From the NCBI RefSeq assembly GCF_009914755.1, contig NC_060935.1: a DNA stretch of 64,000 nt; one strand, 5' to 3'. Below the pieces are notes generated by a model that made no database searches, was not told the origin of the DNA, and was given only the letters and a program-made list of their open reading frames with translations. Positions 1 to 12,438 of this stretch are shown here, piece after piece. The stretch's first letter is position 1; each line of letters starts with the position of its first letter. This DNA comes from the human T2T-CHM13v2.0 reference genome, Homo sapiens. The translations under genes were made by a program, and so were the position numbers.

Positions 1-24
1 GAATCTAAAACTGCTCTTTTTTCG

Positions 25-170
25 ACTGGGCATGGTGGCTCACGCCTAACCCCAGCACTCTGGGAGGCTGAGGCAGGAGGATCACTTGAGGCCAGGAGTT
101 TGAGACCAGCCTGGGCAACATAGCCAGACCTGTTTCTATGGGAAAAAAACCAAAAACAACAACAAAAAAA
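25..170 (+). mobile_element. Alu left-monomer element (FLAM-like) with A-rich tail
   Basis: ctgggcatggtggctcacgcct...gaggccaggagtttgagaccagcctgggcaacatag, followed by an A-rich tail. Degenerate TSD aaaactgctcttttttc / aaaactgtccttttc. Confidence 0.85.
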
Positions 171-679
171 CTGTCCTTTTCAGTTGTCATTCACAACAAA
201 AGTTGTTATATAATCAATCAATGTAGTTTTATTTTTTCAGTATTTTTCAGTACTCCTTTGTAAGTATACATACCCACACAGGTATTTCCTGCTTATGCTA
301 CTAGTCTAAAAGTCACTGATCTAATTGTTTAATTCAATTTGAACAGTAATAAGGACAACATAACTCACATGGAAGCATTTGATAATGATTTTTGACTGTG
401 CTCTTGTAAAGCAAGAGACCATGATGATTTGATTTAGACAGCAGTTATGACAATACAATTTGCATTCAGAAACTTAATAAACACTTTAATTGTGCTCTTG
501 GTTGACTCTCCCCAAGATAAGATATTTAGAGATACAGAGAGAAGTCTAAGTAAACACAGGATGCCACATGTTAGAAAATAAGTCCAATGAGAAAGAAAAA
601 TGCCAAGTATACATAGATATTAATATTTTACATTTGTATATACTCCCAGTTAACAAAGCACCATTGCACTATTTCAACC

Positions 680-930
680 TAATAAGTAGTTATAGAGCAC
701 ATACTCAAGGCACTATACCAGACAGTCTACGAAAAACAAAAAATGAATACATCCCCACAGAGGGCTTACAATCCAGTAGAAGATATGGTCTGCTTAACTC
801 AAAGAAATAGAAATTGTAGAGATGCAAATTGTTATAGGAATATAGAGGGAGGAGAGATGAAATCTAACTGGAGGTGTCAGGGAAGACTTCATTCAGCAAG
901 CAGTATTTGAATTTGGGCCTTGAAAAAATA
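680..930 (+). mobile_element. L2 fossil fragment
   Basis: Decayed L2 3' motifs (ggcactat..., cttacaatccagtag, tcagggaagacttc, tttgaatttgggccttgaa). Boundaries approximate. Confidence 0.5.
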
Positions 931-1559
931 AAACATCATTTGATTAAAATCAAACATTATAAGACAATCATAGAATTCACTATTATGTCACTCTCATAGG
1001 TCAAGAAACTGAGGCTGAAAGAGGCTAAGAGGACTCTCCTACTCATGGTCTTACAACTGGTAAATGTCAAGAGGCCTGAACCAAGTTTTTTTATTCCTTT
1101 ATTTAGTGCTCATTTACTATATCACTCTATAAGAGTTGTCTTAATCTGGGCAAGAGAGCAGATGTTCTTTCAGTATAGTAAAAAACTTTTTAAAAAGACT
1201 ACTCATTTCTGCTATAATAAACTTGGTTGTCCTTTGTAAACCATATGAAAATAAATGTTCTTATCCTCTAAATGTTAATGTTATTCCCTACTGTAAGTAC
1301 AGAAAATTCCTTACGGTATTTCAAGTATAAGTACTGGAAAAATCAGATCTTTGTTTAAAGATTAAGAAACCAACCATTAGAAAAGGGTGAAAACCAACTT
1401 CATCATGATAAGTAAACAGACTGTGGTATGATAGTGAGAGTGATACCCCACTACTAGTCTTTGCATCCCCGGGAGGATAGAAAAGGAGAGGACAACAGGA
1501 TTAAGCTGTACTGGATATAAGGTAAATTTTTTCCAATGGGAAAGAATACCCAAGAAAAT

Positions 1560-2050
1560 AATAACACATGTGCGCCTTACTATATGTCAGGCACTCTTCT
1601 AAGCACCTTGTACTTAATTCTCAAACAACTCCATGAAATAGGTATTATTATTACCACCCTTTATGGATAATGAATCTAAGCCACAAAGAAACATAGCCAA
1701 GGTCATGTAAGTGATAGAGGTAGCATATAAACTGTGTCTGGCTATAGAATCCTGATTCTTAACAATTCAACTCTACCATCTGTCAAAAAGTGAGATTGCA
1801 TACTCTTTTTGAAGATGGCTTTAAAATATTAATGCAAGTACAAATTAAATCTGTAACACATAATGGAAGTTCTAGTCCTAGGAAGCAACAGCTTAGCAAG
1901 GCATCTAAGAACATAAACTTTGGCATCAAGCATACCAGGTTTTAAGGCCTCAGTCAACCTACCTGTGTGAACTTGGGCAAGTTATGAAAGCTTGAGTTTC
2001 CTCCTTTCGAAAGGAGGCAGCAATTATTGTGCTTTGAGATGAGAATGGGA
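1560..2050. mobile_element. MIR fragments (two, opposite orientations)
   Basis: tatgtcaggcactcttctaagcac...aggtattattattacc and tgtgaacttgggcaagtt...agtttcctc MIR core motifs. Confidence 0.55.
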
Positions 2051-2396
2051 GCAAGCAGCACAGTATGGTAAGAAAAGTACTGGGCTTGAATGTCTAAAAA
2101 TTCAGATTATACCCTCAGCTACTAACCAGCCCTGTTAAATAAAATAACCCATGAATCAACAAATATTTATAAAGCTTTATATATGACTCTGTTGTATATA
2201 CTCTAGGGATATAGCGGTTAAAAAAGACATTGTTCCTTAGTTTCTGAGAGCTAATTCATTCAAGTTTGCTCATTGGTTTCCTTAATAATTGGACTCAAGC
2301 CCCAAATTAAGGCTGTTTGGCATTTATATTCTATGATTCTGAGACAGAACTTGAATAACAATACCATGGTGGCTCTGTTTCTTGCTAAGTGCAATT

Positions 2397-2405
2397 TGTG
2401 TGTGT

Positions 2406-2459
<54 letters not shown>

Positions 2460-2553
2460 ATACATATATATGTGTGTATACATATATGTGTGTGTATACA
2501 TATATATACACACACACACAAACACACACACACATACATATATATATACACAT
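2397..2553. repeat. Compound (TA)n/(TG)n/(CA)n microsatellite
   Basis: Directly visible alternating purine-pyrimidine run of about 155 bp. Confidence 0.97.
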
Positions 2554-2939
2554 ATTTCAATTCCTCCTTTTATTAGTTATAAGGAGATTTGTACAGAAAG
2601 AAATAGAGACTGAATTTCCAGTCACTACCTACAGCTGCTATAACCAGCTGTTCCCACATATTTTCTTCATGGGACAACATTTTTCTGGAATGTAGATTAA
2701 TACATGACACTTCATTGAGCCACAGTAAAAGAAAGCAGAATCAATGTGATTTACAGAAACTTCATGGAAAATATTGTCTTTTTTCTCTTCCTCCAAAAGG
2801 AGCTCAGTGACAATTCCAAACAATTCATACAGAAATTGGAGAAATAATTTTCACATCTTGAACATATTTCCATTCCTCTAGTTGACAGGGACTGGCAATA
2901 CTACTGTGAATTTTTTGTGATTATTCATGAAATGAAGTC

Positions 2940-3170
2940 TCATAATGGTAAGAGCATCAGCTTTGAGGTCAGATTGTCAAGCACAGAGATAAATACAAAT
3001 ATACATAGATATAAATCCCAATTTCATCACTTACAAGCTGGGAGACTTTAACTGTTTTGACCTTCAGTTTCCTCATATGTAAAATGAAAATGATTATACC
3101 TATTTTCTAGTTACCAAATTAGATAAGACTTGGTATATAGCACTTCATTTAATTACAGCCATTAAACTTA
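2940..3170 (+). mobile_element. MIR fragment
   Basis: ggtaagagcatcagctttgaggtcaga...cagtttcctcatatgtaaaatg. Confidence 0.6.
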
Positions 3171-5012
3171 TAATCATCCTTAGCTGTTAAATATATATAT
3201 AGATAGATGTGTGTGTGCAAGAAGAAAAAAATGAACTATCTTTTCAAAATCTAACTGATTTTTATACAAGAAAAACTACTACTTCAGCTATTTTACATTA
3301 AATCACCACTTAGGAAATAAAATAGACAACACCTCCTAAATTCCTTTGTAGGCAGATCAATATTTAATACATGCCATTAAAATATTTTGCAGTTTAGTAC
3401 TAAAACCACACCAAAATGGCAAACCAAATTACAAGTTTATTCTCAATACTTACAAGATTTCATACATAACAAAAGTTTGAATACATCTTTCCATGTACCT
3501 ACTATTAAAATTATACTTTAGGTATTCTGACAGGAAAAATACACATAAATTTCTAAGTACCACTTCAAGTTACGAGCTCTAATTTTGCATCCCCTTTACC
3601 AGCACTTAAATTGCTGGTTTTATAATCATAAATGTAGGAATAACAAGCAAAACAAAGCAAATAATACATAACTTCAGAATTCAATATTTGTGAGCAAATC
3701 ATTGAAATATTTCAAGTCACCAGTCATGCTTCATTCACCATAAGTAGGTCAACAGAAAAGTAAATTAACTTACAATGAACAAGAACTTCCTTGGACTCCA
3801 TGAAAATGCGGAGAAGAGTGGGATGAACTTAGACTTTTACACATAAATGTCTGCTAGTCATTGTTAGACTCCCTAGCTCTGTCCCTTGCTCATACCACCT
3901 CATCAAACATACAACCACAGACGCTCCTCCCTAACAGCTGACTTTTAATCCTGTCTTTAGGTTTAAACAAGATCCTTTCAAAGATATGTAGCATGTGATA
4001 TGAAAGTCACCAAGAAGAAAATTATTTTAAAAAATCATCTCCTAGTACAGGAATGCTCTATCTCCCTACATGTTCCTCAGAAAAAGCAGATTGACTTAAG
4101 AGTGGAACGATAATTTGTTTTCACACCAGTTGCTACATTGAATATATTAAGACTACCCAAAACAAGTCTCTTCTTAGAGCTGGAGGATGTGCACTCTGGG
4201 ATATAACAAAAATGTCAAAGCCATTTGGGTACCAATAAAAATGAAACATTAATGTTATAAAGTCAACTATTATAATCAGGCTATATTACTTCCAGGAAAT
4301 TAGTAAACACTATCTAATCCAGGCTCTCCCACAACACAAAAGCCTAGAGCCAGTGGATTGGCAATGATATTATAGAGATTGCAACGATACTTCTGGCTGC
4401 TGTTTTTCCCTACTATACCATGTAAGATATGAAGGAGTTCTCTTCACCTAACTCCCTCAAATGCTAAATGGTGGTGGTACTTTTTACTCACAGAAAATAA
4501 TTTCAATTCCAAAAATTCACTAGCTGTTTCTCTTTTTTTATATGTCACAAAATGTCACGTTTTCTTATTTACAAGCCTTATCACTTACAAATATTTGAGA
4601 ATAATTACATAAAAGATGAACATCATTTCCTATTACTATCTGTATCAACAAAATATAAAAGTACTACGTTTGATTTTCCACAAAATATTGCCCCCAAGAT
4701 TTTTACACACATAAGAACTCCTCACCTAAATATCACCCACAGCTAACATTCATTTGATGCATAACTACTGAACCTAGCTGTGCTAGACCCTAGAGATACA
4801 AAAAATGTTAAGACATGATCCTTTGTGAAAAAGTTTACAATATATATAGTGTTTATTCCAGTGGTATACAACAATGTTGCCACATTGAAATTCTCCCTCA
4901 ATATTCCCTTTTCAAAAATCTCTGCATCGAAATACGTTCCATATCATTTTATTTCATTAAGGTAAATTCTGGTCAACTATACTGAATAAAAGAATATTTA
5001 AAAGTGAACATG

Positions 5013-5312
<300 letters not shown>

Positions 5313-5530
5313 AAAAGTGAACATGGAGGAGTGACAGAGAAACAGAGAAGCATCATAACTAGTTAACTATGCATCAAATTGGATTTGCACATTGAAGGCC
5401 AGTTTATTTCTATAGAGGCTATTGAGGATAATCCAAGGAATGACAACACTTATAGGAGTCCAGAATTCTTACTAGACTGATCTAAACATTTAAGTCATCC
5501 AGTTGTCCAATCAGAGAAGATCCCCTGAAG

Positions 5531-5980
5531 CAGCAACCACAAACTCAAAACTCTAACAAGACCAAGGGAAAAATGTAAATGAGTAGCATCGGCTAAGAGT
5601 TACAGAAAAATCACATGAACTTTTTGGTTTATCTTCTATTTCCCAGAAAAACTTAGGTAAAAATGAATATTTCTCTACTATAAGAAAAGGAATGTTGAAT
5701 GCAAATGCAGACAACTTATACTCTGCTTCAGTATAAGAGATACCATCAGGAGTGCTAGCGACTGTAGTCTAATGAAGAGAGCACAGCCATGCACTTAAAG
5801 TATGCAGCAACCATTGCCATGTACAAATTTGAGCCAAGTATTATTATTAGACTTTCTGGTTTTTCAAGTGAAGCCAGAAATTCAGATTTTTGTGTGAAGT
5901 TTCCTAATATTTGTATGTTAGTTCAATGTTTAAAAAAATTGGTAGGTTCAAATGCATCAGTCTGTATAACAGATCCAGCC
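5531..5980. mobile_element. Old hAT-type DNA transposon fossil (MER-like), interrupted by the L1MB; last ~30 bp resume at ~8140-8168
   Basis: gaagccagaaattcagatttttgtgtgaa motif recalled from hAT MER elements. ccagcc recurs on both sides of the L1, and a terminal-repeat-like ctttgcaacatttg lies at ~8155-8168. Confidence 0.4.
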
Positions 5981-8135
5981 TCTTCAACATGAATAAAGGG
6001 TATCTATGAAAAACTCACAGCTAACATCATACTTAATGGTGAAAGACTGAAAGGTTTTCCCCTAAGATCAGGAACGATACAAGAATGGCTGCTCTCTTTA
6101 TTTCTTTCCAAAATTATACTGGAGGTTTTAGCCAGGGTAATTAGGCAAGAAAAAGAAATCAAAGTCATCTAGACTGAAAAGGAAGAAATCAAATTATCTC
6201 TAGTTACAGGTGATATGATCTCGTATATAGAAAATACTAAGGAATTCACACACAAAAAAGAAACTATTGGAACTAATAAATGAGTTCAGCAAGGTTGTAG
6301 GATACAAGACTAATACACAAACATTAATTGTATTTTATATACTAGCAATGAACAGTCCAAAAATAAAATTTAGAAGACAATTCCATTTGTAAATTTTTTT
6401 TTAAATTATTAATAAGTTTAACAAAGGAAGAGTAAAGCTTGCACACTAAAAACTACAAAACATTGTTGAAATAAAGTAAAGATATAGATAAACAGACATT
6501 CCATATTCATGAATTAGAACGCAATATTGTTAAGATGGCAATACTCCCTAACTGATTTACAGATTCCACATGACCTTTATCAAAATCCCAGCTGAGTCTA
6601 TGGTCATAACACCCTGAAAACAAAAAATCTCAGATGACTTTTTTCTAGACATTGACAAGCTGATCCTAAAATTCATACGGAAATGCATGGGACCCAGAAT
6701 AACCAAAACAATCTTGAAAAAGATGAACAAAGTTGGAGAACTCACACTTCCCTATTTCAAAACTTACTTCTGTAATCAAGACAGCATGGTACTGACATAA
6801 TAAAAGTCACACAGATTAATGGAGCAGAATTGAGAGTCCAGAAGTAAACTCACATTTATGGTCAGCTGATTTTCAACAATGATGCCAAGACAATTCAGTG
6901 TGAAAGAATAATCTTTTCAACAAATGTTTTGGGGACAATTGAAAATTCATATGCAAAGGAATCAATTTGAACCTTTATTTCATACCATATGCAAAAATTA
7001 ACACAAAATGGATGAAATACCCAAATTTAAGAGCTAAAACTATAAAACCCTTAGAAAATAATATTAAGCGTAAACCTCATGACCTTAGGTGAGTGAACTA
7101 TTTCTTAGACACATCAAAAGCATAAGCAACCCAAAAAATATAGACTTCATAAAAATTTGTACTCCAAGTGAAACTATGAATAAAATCAAAAGGCAACCCA
7201 CCGATGAAAAATAACATTTGCAAGTCATTTTTGATAAGGGTTTATTATTGAGATATCTAAAGAACTATTACAACTCAACAACAGAAAGACAACTCAATTT
7301 ATTAAATGGGCAAATATTTGAACGGACAATTTGCCAGAGCAAATATACAAATGGCCAATAAGCACATGAAAAGATGTTCAACATCATTAGTCATTAGGGA
7401 AATGCAAATCAAAACCACAATGAGATAGCACTTCACGTGAGAATATTGTGGCTACAATAAAAATGACAAATAATAAGTTTTGCTTAAGATATGGAGAAGT
7501 TGTAATACATTGCTAGTAGAAATGTAAAATAGTGCAGTGGCTTTGGAAAAAGTTGTCAGTTCCTCAAAAAGTTAAACATAAAGTTACCATATGAACCAGC
7601 AATTCTGCTCCTCAGTATAGACCCAAGAGAACTGAAAACACATCCACACAAGAATCTGTATGCAAATGTTCATGGCAGTATTATTCATAATAGTCAAACA
7701 GTAGAAACAAACCAAACTTTCATCAGCTGATGAACAGATAAATAATATATAGTCTATCCATACAACAGAATATTATTCAGCAATAAAACAGAATTAAGTA
7801 CTAATGTCTACTAAAACATGGATGACCTTGAAAACTTTAAGTGAGAGAAGCCAGTCATAAAAGGCTACATGTTGTATGATTTCATTTATCCAAAATCCAG
7901 AAAAGGCACATGTACAGAAAGTAGATTAGTAGCCTAGGTGCTGAGGATAGGGGATGTGAGGAGTAACTACTAAGGGGTCTGAGGATCCTCGGGGGTGATA
8001 AAAATGTTCTGGAATTATATAGCTATAACTGCATAACTTTGTAAACTTACTAACAAAACGCTGAATTGTGTACTTTAAAGGATAAATGTTATGGTATATG
8101 AATCATATGTCAATAAAGCTACTAGTAAGAACAAA
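5981..8135 (+). mobile_element. L1MB-type element, 5'-truncated (ORF2 RT/C-terminal remnant plus 3'UTR)
   Basis: Decayed ORF2 (cacagctaacatcatacttaatggtgaaagactg...) and L1MB-type 3' end (ggtatatgaatcatatgtcaataaagct). Confidence 0.9.
6596..6618 (+). pseudogene. 5S rRNA 5'-end fragment (3'-truncated retropseudogene)
   Basis: gtctatggtcataacaccctgaa matches 5S rRNA nt 1-23 (gtctacggccataccaccctgaa) at 20/23. Flanked by a 12/14 direct repeat. Confidence 0.75.
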
Positions 8136-9190
8136 AATAAGCCCAGCCCAACCACTTTGCAACATTTGCCTAAAAGGAGTTCTACATCAAAATGGCTCCT
8201 TACTAATATTTAAACGGAGTTTTGCAAATATTAGCACACGGTAAGTAGAGTGCTCAGTTTTCTAACGTCAACTATCCGGCATAACCTATTTCAATATTTC
8301 AAATAAAATACAGCCTTTAAAATTTTAGTAATAACAATGATTTTCAGAAAAAGAATACTTCAATGCTAGAAATTGCTTCCTTCTGCCTAATAAAGTTATA
8401 TCTTTTCATCCACAATCCAGTTAGCCAATCTTTCCAATTTTACAGCTTATATTAATAACTTCCCTATAGGCTTCCCACACTTCTGCCAAGTTAGATCCTT
8501 TCTGTGCCTTGAAAACACCTCAGGCTTTCTTAAATGTGCTCCACCTATTTGGAGTGCCCTTCTCCCCTACAGAAATATCTGAACTATACCTACTCGTCAA
8601 TGTTTGAAATGCCATTGCTTTTTCTGATTCTCCTTCAAAATCAGGTTCTGACTCTAAGTAAACTGTCTCCTAGTTAATACTCCTTTATATCTTTCCTAGG
8701 ATACTTTTTATTGAATTTTATGTGCACTTGTCTCCTTTCCCCCTACTGAACAGCAGGTCTTATAATACATATGAAAGTCCAACATGTGCCAGGTACATCA
8801 GTTCTAATCCTCACAACAGCCCTGCAAGAAAGGTATTATTCTTATTCTCTTATAGATGAAGAAATTGAGGATTTGAGAGGACAAAATTACTTATTCAAGG
8901 TCCAATAATAAGTGGAAAGTCTGAGATTTGACATTGGTTCATCTTTGGTGGCAACTTTGTTTCCCAGAAATTGACAAGCTGATCCTAAAATTCATATAGA
9001 AATGCAAGGGATATTTGAAAAAAAAACTTTGCATTTAATAGGTCTTCAAAGATGGTTCATTGAACTATTAATTGGAACTCATATCAAAAAGCTAGTTACT
9101 TAACTTGAGCATAGGCTTTAGAGTCATACTCACCTTGGTTCAAGTTTTATCTTCCCTATTTATAAACTGAGCTGAGGTAAGTTACTAAAT

Positions 9191-9507
9191 ATTTTTTGTT
9201 TGTTTTTTTGTTTGTTTGTTTTGAGAAACAGTCTCACTCTGTTTCCCACGCTGGAGTGCAGTTGCATGAGCTTGGCTCACTGCAACCTCCACCTCCTGGG
9301 TTCAAGTGATTCTCCTGCCTTAACCCCCAAGTAGGTGGGACTACAGGTGCATGCCACCATGCTGGGCTAAGTTTTGTATTTTTAGTAGAAACAGGGCTTC
9401 ACCATGTTGGCCAGGCTGGTCTCAACCCAACCCCTGTCCTTGAGTGATCCACCCACCTCGGCCTCCAAAAGTGCTGGGATTACAGGCGTGAGCCACCCCA
9501 CCTGACC
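9191..9507 (-). mobile_element. AluS inserted in a MIR (MIR ~9090-9640)
   Basis: Reverse-oriented full Alu. TSD aagttactaaat (9179-9190) / aagttattaaat (9508-9519). Confidence 0.93.
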
Positions 9508-10580
9508 AAGTTATTAAATCTTAGTCTCAATTTCCTCGTTTGTAAATTGAAGATTATAATATTTAGGTAACTGCATTCTCATCAGGATTAAATGAGAAAA
9601 AATAAAATTACATTCTTAGCTCATAGTGGGAGCTCAATAGATGTGGATTTTCTTCCTGTTTATACTTTTTTCCCCTGTGCCCTGCCTCCTACTTACAGTG
9701 GCTTAATGAGAACTAATTCTTTGAGACCAGCAAATATGTTACACTTCTACAACTCTTTAGCCTTCTGGCTCAATCATTAGTACAAAATTATCTACTTTAT
9801 AGAAGGACTGTAAAAAATAAATGAATGTATCTGAGTCAGTGGCTCTCAAATAATATTTTAGCAGCAGAGCCTGATAGGGTTATTTTATGGAAGAAATGTG
9901 CTTGAATAGGAAATGAGGAGATAAGGGCTGCAGTCCAGGTTGAAGCATATACCACTGTGCTCCACAGTCAGCTCTTCGTGGAAGGGTAGAAGGAGCAGCT
10001 ATAGGTTTTTTGTTTGTTTTGTTTTTTTACCAAGGAGTAGGGAAGTTATTTCTTCCCAAGTTTTATAAAACTCTTTATAAGGATGAATAAATAGAAACTA
10101 GAATCAGAAGGAAAAACACAAATGAATTATTTGTAGAGCAAACCTATAAGTGGGGAAATTCCAATCTAATGATAAACATCAGAAATCCAAAGAGGATCAG
10201 ATGTCTCATGCAAGATCCAGCCAAGATTTAAGAAATAAATAAGTATTTTAGCCTGTTCACATCAGTAAACTCCATGTTTTTATTCCTAAAAATCTCACTT
10301 AGGCAAGCTATGCTAAGGCTGTGAAACTGATTAATTTAAAAGCTATTTTTCCTCCCCTGAGGCCAGAAGGGATTTTTGAATGATGCAAGAAAGAAAGAGA
10401 GAATAATAGAAACAACAGGTGCTCTGAACAGCTGTGGGGAGAGAACTGAACTTTTCAAGATGATCTTAAGAACTAATAAATTGTTAAATCCCTGTTTCAG
10501 AAGAGACACAATAAACAATGCACCTCTAAAATAAAAGTTTCCCTTTACTCCACCCCACATTCCCTGAAAACTGACTTTAC

Positions 10581-10669
10581 CCACGATTAGTTGACGATTC
10601 CCTGAGATGTCAGAGTTCATCCTCGAGGAGAATTAGTCTTTTAATTGAAAATCCTTTTACATGTGTTTT
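10581..10669 (-). other. Candidate exon of an unidentified minus-strand transcript
   Basis: Acceptor tttctgtttttctcttaaag, donor TGG|gtaaag, three CpGs, non-repetitive context. No gene recognised. Confidence 0.3.
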
Positions 10670-10759
10670 CTTTAAGAGAAAAACAGAAATTTAATTGGTT
10701 ACTGAAATTTCATTTTTAAAATTCTGTGATCCACAAACTTGAATATGTCTTGGAGGAAA

Positions 10760-11230
10760 TATGAAATTGTGGAAGAATCACAGACTTTGAAATCTAAAAA
10801 ATCAGGTTCTAACACATTCTAGCTGTGTGATTTCAGGTTTGTAATAATAATGCCTACATACCACCTATTATTCTAACCACTTTCATATGTTAACTTACTT
10901 AGCCCTCAGAATAAGTCTCTATGTAGGTATTATTATTGATTCACTTTAAAGACGAGAAAACTGATGTTTGGTAAGATAAAATAGTTTGATCAAAGCTTCA
11001 CAATTAATAAGTGACAGAACTAGGATTTGAATGTCGACACCCTACCTCCAGAGACAACATTCCTATCTCATCACATTGACTTCTGACGTGCTTTTCTGAT
11101 TTTTTTTCTGTGTTGTTCTTTTTTCAACTGTAAAATGGGATGAATTCGTAGGACTATTTTAAATACTAAATAAGATAATATATGTAAAGTACAGTTCCTT
11201 GCACATAGGTACATGACAAATAGATTTTTA
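10760..11230. mobile_element. MIR fragments (one nested in another)
   Basis: MIR core motifs in both orientations (ctagctgtgtgat..., gtaggtattattatt...gagaaaactga, ctgtaaaatggg). Confidence 0.5.
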
Positions 11231-11529
11231 TATGATAATTATTAACATAGATTATGTTATAGGGTCTCAAATTAGCCCCTGTATGATTTACAGAATTGTA
11301 TTTTCTCTTCATTAAATAACTATGGTATATCCTTTAAAAGAAAGGAGCTTATCTTTTTATTTCTGTTTGTAGCTGTGCCTACCACAGAGAAGATGTTTAA
11401 TAAATGATAGTGAAAAAAGAAAAAAAGGAAGGGAGAAAGGAAGTAAAACAGGAAAGAAAGAGAGAAAGAGAGGGTAAGACAATAGGAAGGCAACCAAAAA
11501 AAAAAAAAAGTTAAAGAATATCCTTTCTT

Positions 11530-11813
11530 TTTTTTTTCTTTTTTTTTTAGATGGAGTTTTGCTCTTGTCACCTAGGCTGGAGTGCAATGGTGTGCTCTTG
11601 GCTCACTGCAACTCCTGGGTTCAAGTGATTCTTCTGCCTCAGCCTCCCTAGTAGCTTGGATTACAGGCACACACCACCACACTCAGATAATTTTTGTATT
11701 TTTAGTAGAGACAGGGTTTCACCTGTCTGGTCAGGCTGGTCTCAAACTCCTTACCTCAGGTGATCCACCTGCCTCAGACTCCCAAAGTGCTGGGATTACA
11801 GGTGTTAGCCACC
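11530..11813 (-). mobile_element. AluS, about 10 nt 5'-truncated
   Basis: Reverse Alu with perfect 15-bp TSD agaatatcctttctt (11515-11529, 11814-11828). Confidence 0.95.
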
Positions 11814-12438
11814 AGAATATCCTTTCTTAATGAAATATATTTTATCTTTGTGAAGAACATTCCAGTGCACACCAATTATTGCAAATTGTACTCTACAACA
11901 TTTTTATAACATTTCCTTGTCTTAATTTCAAGCAGTTGTTCCAGTAAACTATAAGATGATATTTAGTCCATTCTACCTCAAGACTATTAACTTGTATGAA
12001 AAGCAGGTAATAATTTTAGACTAAAGGGAGTTCTCAATTTTTCCAAAAAATCAGTGTTTGTTTTACCATTTAAATACAAGCCTTACTAGTGAGTTCTCAA
12101 TTTAATTACACTCAATGTGTAACATTTTCAAAAGTAAGTTCGAGGAAGGGCCACAATATGGATCCTAGCCATGTCAGCTGACAAATGACCAGTGTATGTC
12201 TAGCAGCTGTGGATGCTGAATAATGCAACTAATACAGCTGTCAGTAAGTCAAATATTTTGTTTAGGACCTCAATAATGGATCAATGAGTATCAGCTAATT
12301 TCTGACCACCATGTGCAAAAGGGCATCCTCTTACTTTCTGTCAAGCCAGTAATATTTGAAGAGGGACATATCACTCTGAGTCAATATATCTAAAATGATA
12401 GGTATAAAATCTTTATCTTTAAAAGTGGAAAATCTAGA

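Noticed and set aside
363-470. Minus-strand GTGAGT donor at 363-368 with short open frames
   Set aside because: No convincing acceptor and no recognisable peptide.
2260-2695. Overlapping ORFs rich in VCVC/YIYI/THTH
   Set aside because: Translations of the dinucleotide microsatellite. The same applies to ORFs at 18052-18429 and 37249-37563.
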